Part shown: one piece after another, positions 61,501-62,382 of the stretch | Layout: each line of letters starts with the position of its first letter | How positions within the stretch are numbered: the first letter of the stretch is position 1 | IMG/VR virus record: IMGVR_UViG_3300037418_002157 | Length of the DNA: 62,382 bases | From: a virus | Direction: 5' to 3' (one strand) | Translations under genes and position numbers: made by a program | The notes under the pieces: generated by a model | Told to the model about the DNA's origin: nothing | Seen by the model: the letters and a program-made list of their open reading frames with translations, nothing else | Database searches by the model: none

Positions 61501-61593
61501 ATGCCCGACGAGCCCGACCCGCCGCCGTTCTGGTTGTCGCCGCGCCCGTTCCTCGAACCCGACCTCCCGCCGCCCGACGACAACGACAACTGA
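61501..61593 (+). CDS. Small Pro/Asp-rich hypothetical protein (30 aa)
   Basis: ATG after TAGGAGA. Uncertain. Confidence 0.3.
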   Translation: MPDEPDPPPFWLSPRPFLEPDLPPPDDNDN

Positions 61594-61598
61594 CACAC

Positions 61599-61625
61599 GC
61601 CCCCTCCTTCGGGAGGGGGCGTTTC
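61599..61625. terminator. Bidirectional terminator at the end of the late operon
   Basis: 9-bp stem gccccctcc / ggagggggc with loop ttcg, followed by gtttcg. Confidence 0.7.
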
Positions 61626-61638
61626 GTCGTCCTCAGGA

Positions 61639-61893
61639 TCAGGCGAGCACCCAGTGGCCTTCGCTGTCGAGCTTCATCTGGCGCCCGCACTGTATGCAGA
61701 CGGCTTCTTCGATTGGGACCGGTCCGAGCGTTGCGGCGGGCTTGTGCTGCCAGCATTGGCCAAGGCGCCGCGTCCCGACGGCGAGTGCCGCAGCAGTGCC
61801 GGGCTCGGGCTGGATGCCGAGCAGGTCGTGTTCCAGGACAGCGATCCTGACGAGATTCGGGCGGTCTGTTCTCTGAGACGTGGCGTTGGCCAT
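61639..61893 (-). CDS. Hypothetical protein (84 aa)
   Basis: ORF 61639..62211 trimmed to the ATG at 61893 (MANATSQRTD...). C-terminal CIQCG. Confidence 0.5.
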   Translation of the reverse strand: MANATSQRTDRPNLVRIAVLEHDLLGIQPEPGTAAALAVGTRRLGQCWQHKPAATLGPVPIEEAVCIQCGRQMKLDSEGHWVLA

Positions 61894-61963
61894 GCGCTCA
61901 TGATGCCGCGAAGGGCGCACAGTTGGGGTCGTGCCCTCTCGATAACATGCCATATCACGGGCG

Positions 61964-62251
61964 TTATTTGGGATGATTGTCCGACTCTTGGTCGGCCCGC
62001 TTGCCGGTCGTCCGCCCCTCGGCGATCTGCTGAGCGCGCGCCCTGCTGATGCCGAGTTCGGCGGCAACCTGCGCATGGCTGAGTCCGTCGTCGCGCATCT
62101 CCAGCACGGCTTCATGTCGGATCTCGCGCAGCCACTTCTGCAGGTCGGGGATGGCTTGCAGTGCCGCGCCCACACCCTTGGCGCGCTGGATGGCGTCACC
62201 TTGCTCGGCAAGGTGCTTGAGGTTCTCGAAAGGGCTCGGCGGGTTCGTCAT
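61964..62251 (-). CDS. Small HTH protein (95 aa), paralogue-like to 26596-26850
   Basis: DGLSHAQVAAELGISRARAQQIAEGR HTH, preceded by LQKWLREIRHEAV. Divergent from the promoter/palindrome at 18-46. Confidence 0.65.
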   Translation of the reverse strand: MTNPPSPFENLKHLAEQGDAIQRAKGVGAALQAIPDLQKWLREIRHEAVLEMRDDGLSHAQVAAELGISRARAQQIAEGRTTGKRADQESDNHPK

Positions 62252-62255
62252 GGAA

Positions 62256-62382
62256 TCAGTGTAAGGGGTGGGTTGACATTTGTAAGGGGTACCCTTACAT
62301 TTAGAGAGTCAGGGCACGGCAAGCAGGGGAGACGAAGATGAACGCCACGGTTCGCGAGCAGGCCGATACCGCAGTGCAGGCG
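62256..62382. repeat. Terminal overlap, copy 2 (identical to 1-127)
   Basis: Direct reading. It includes a second copy of the promoter/palindrome and the first 45 nt of the 83-349 ORF. Confidence 0.9.

Noticed and set aside
62256-62382. The end repeat considered as attL/attR, an LTR or a transposon end
   Set aside because: It contains a promoter and the 5' end of an ORF, and it has no target-site duplication logic. Exact identity over 127 nt fits an assembly overlap of a circular molecule.

Overview
The window is a complete, circularly closed replicon. Bases 1-127 recur exactly at 62256-62382, so the unique length is 62,255 bp. The DNA is high-GC with strong G/C bias at codon position 3, which points to an actinobacterial, Streptomyces-like host. 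I chose reading frames by GC3 bias, RBS-like GGAG motifs and 4-nt start/stop overlaps (ATGA/GTGA).

The backbone is a temperate siphovirus:
- Integration: tyrosine integrase and an attP at 4.6-6.2 kb. The attP core carries the 3' end of an acyl-CoA dehydrogenase gene.
- Switch: a divergent CI-like/Cro-like pair at 6.6-7.7 kb.
- Early operon, 7.5-24.5 kb: excisionase-like HTH, Hjc-like nuclease, a C5 and a DPPY methyltransferase, a Cas4-like exonuclease, a prim-pol/SF3 primase-helicase followed by an iteron-like 9-mer array, a HIT protein and a LuxR-type HTH.
- Late operon, 36.1-61.6 kb: fibre-like protein, HNH, TerS, TerL, portal, MuF-like protein, scaffold, HK97-type capsid, connectors, major tail, frameshifted chaperones, tape measure, minor tail proteins, amidase endolysin, holin and a collagen-like membrane protein.

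The unusual part is that the same molecule carries the hallmarks of an actinomycete integrative and conjugative element (AICE):
- a membrane-anchored FtsK/TraB-like translocase at 30922-32925;
- an array of inverted 8-mers immediately downstream that resembles a clt locus;
- an upstream DUF2637/Spd-like membrane protein;
- a GntR (Kor-like) regulator;
- an antisense island with tandem Nudix genes (Pif-like), one fused to an HTH, behind six helically phased CTGCATG repeats.

The accessory arc between the lysis and integration modules also holds a small serine recombinase operon, a LexA DNA-binding-domain-only protein and a near-consensus SOS box. All functional calls rest on motifs read from the ORF-track translations. 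No database search was possible.
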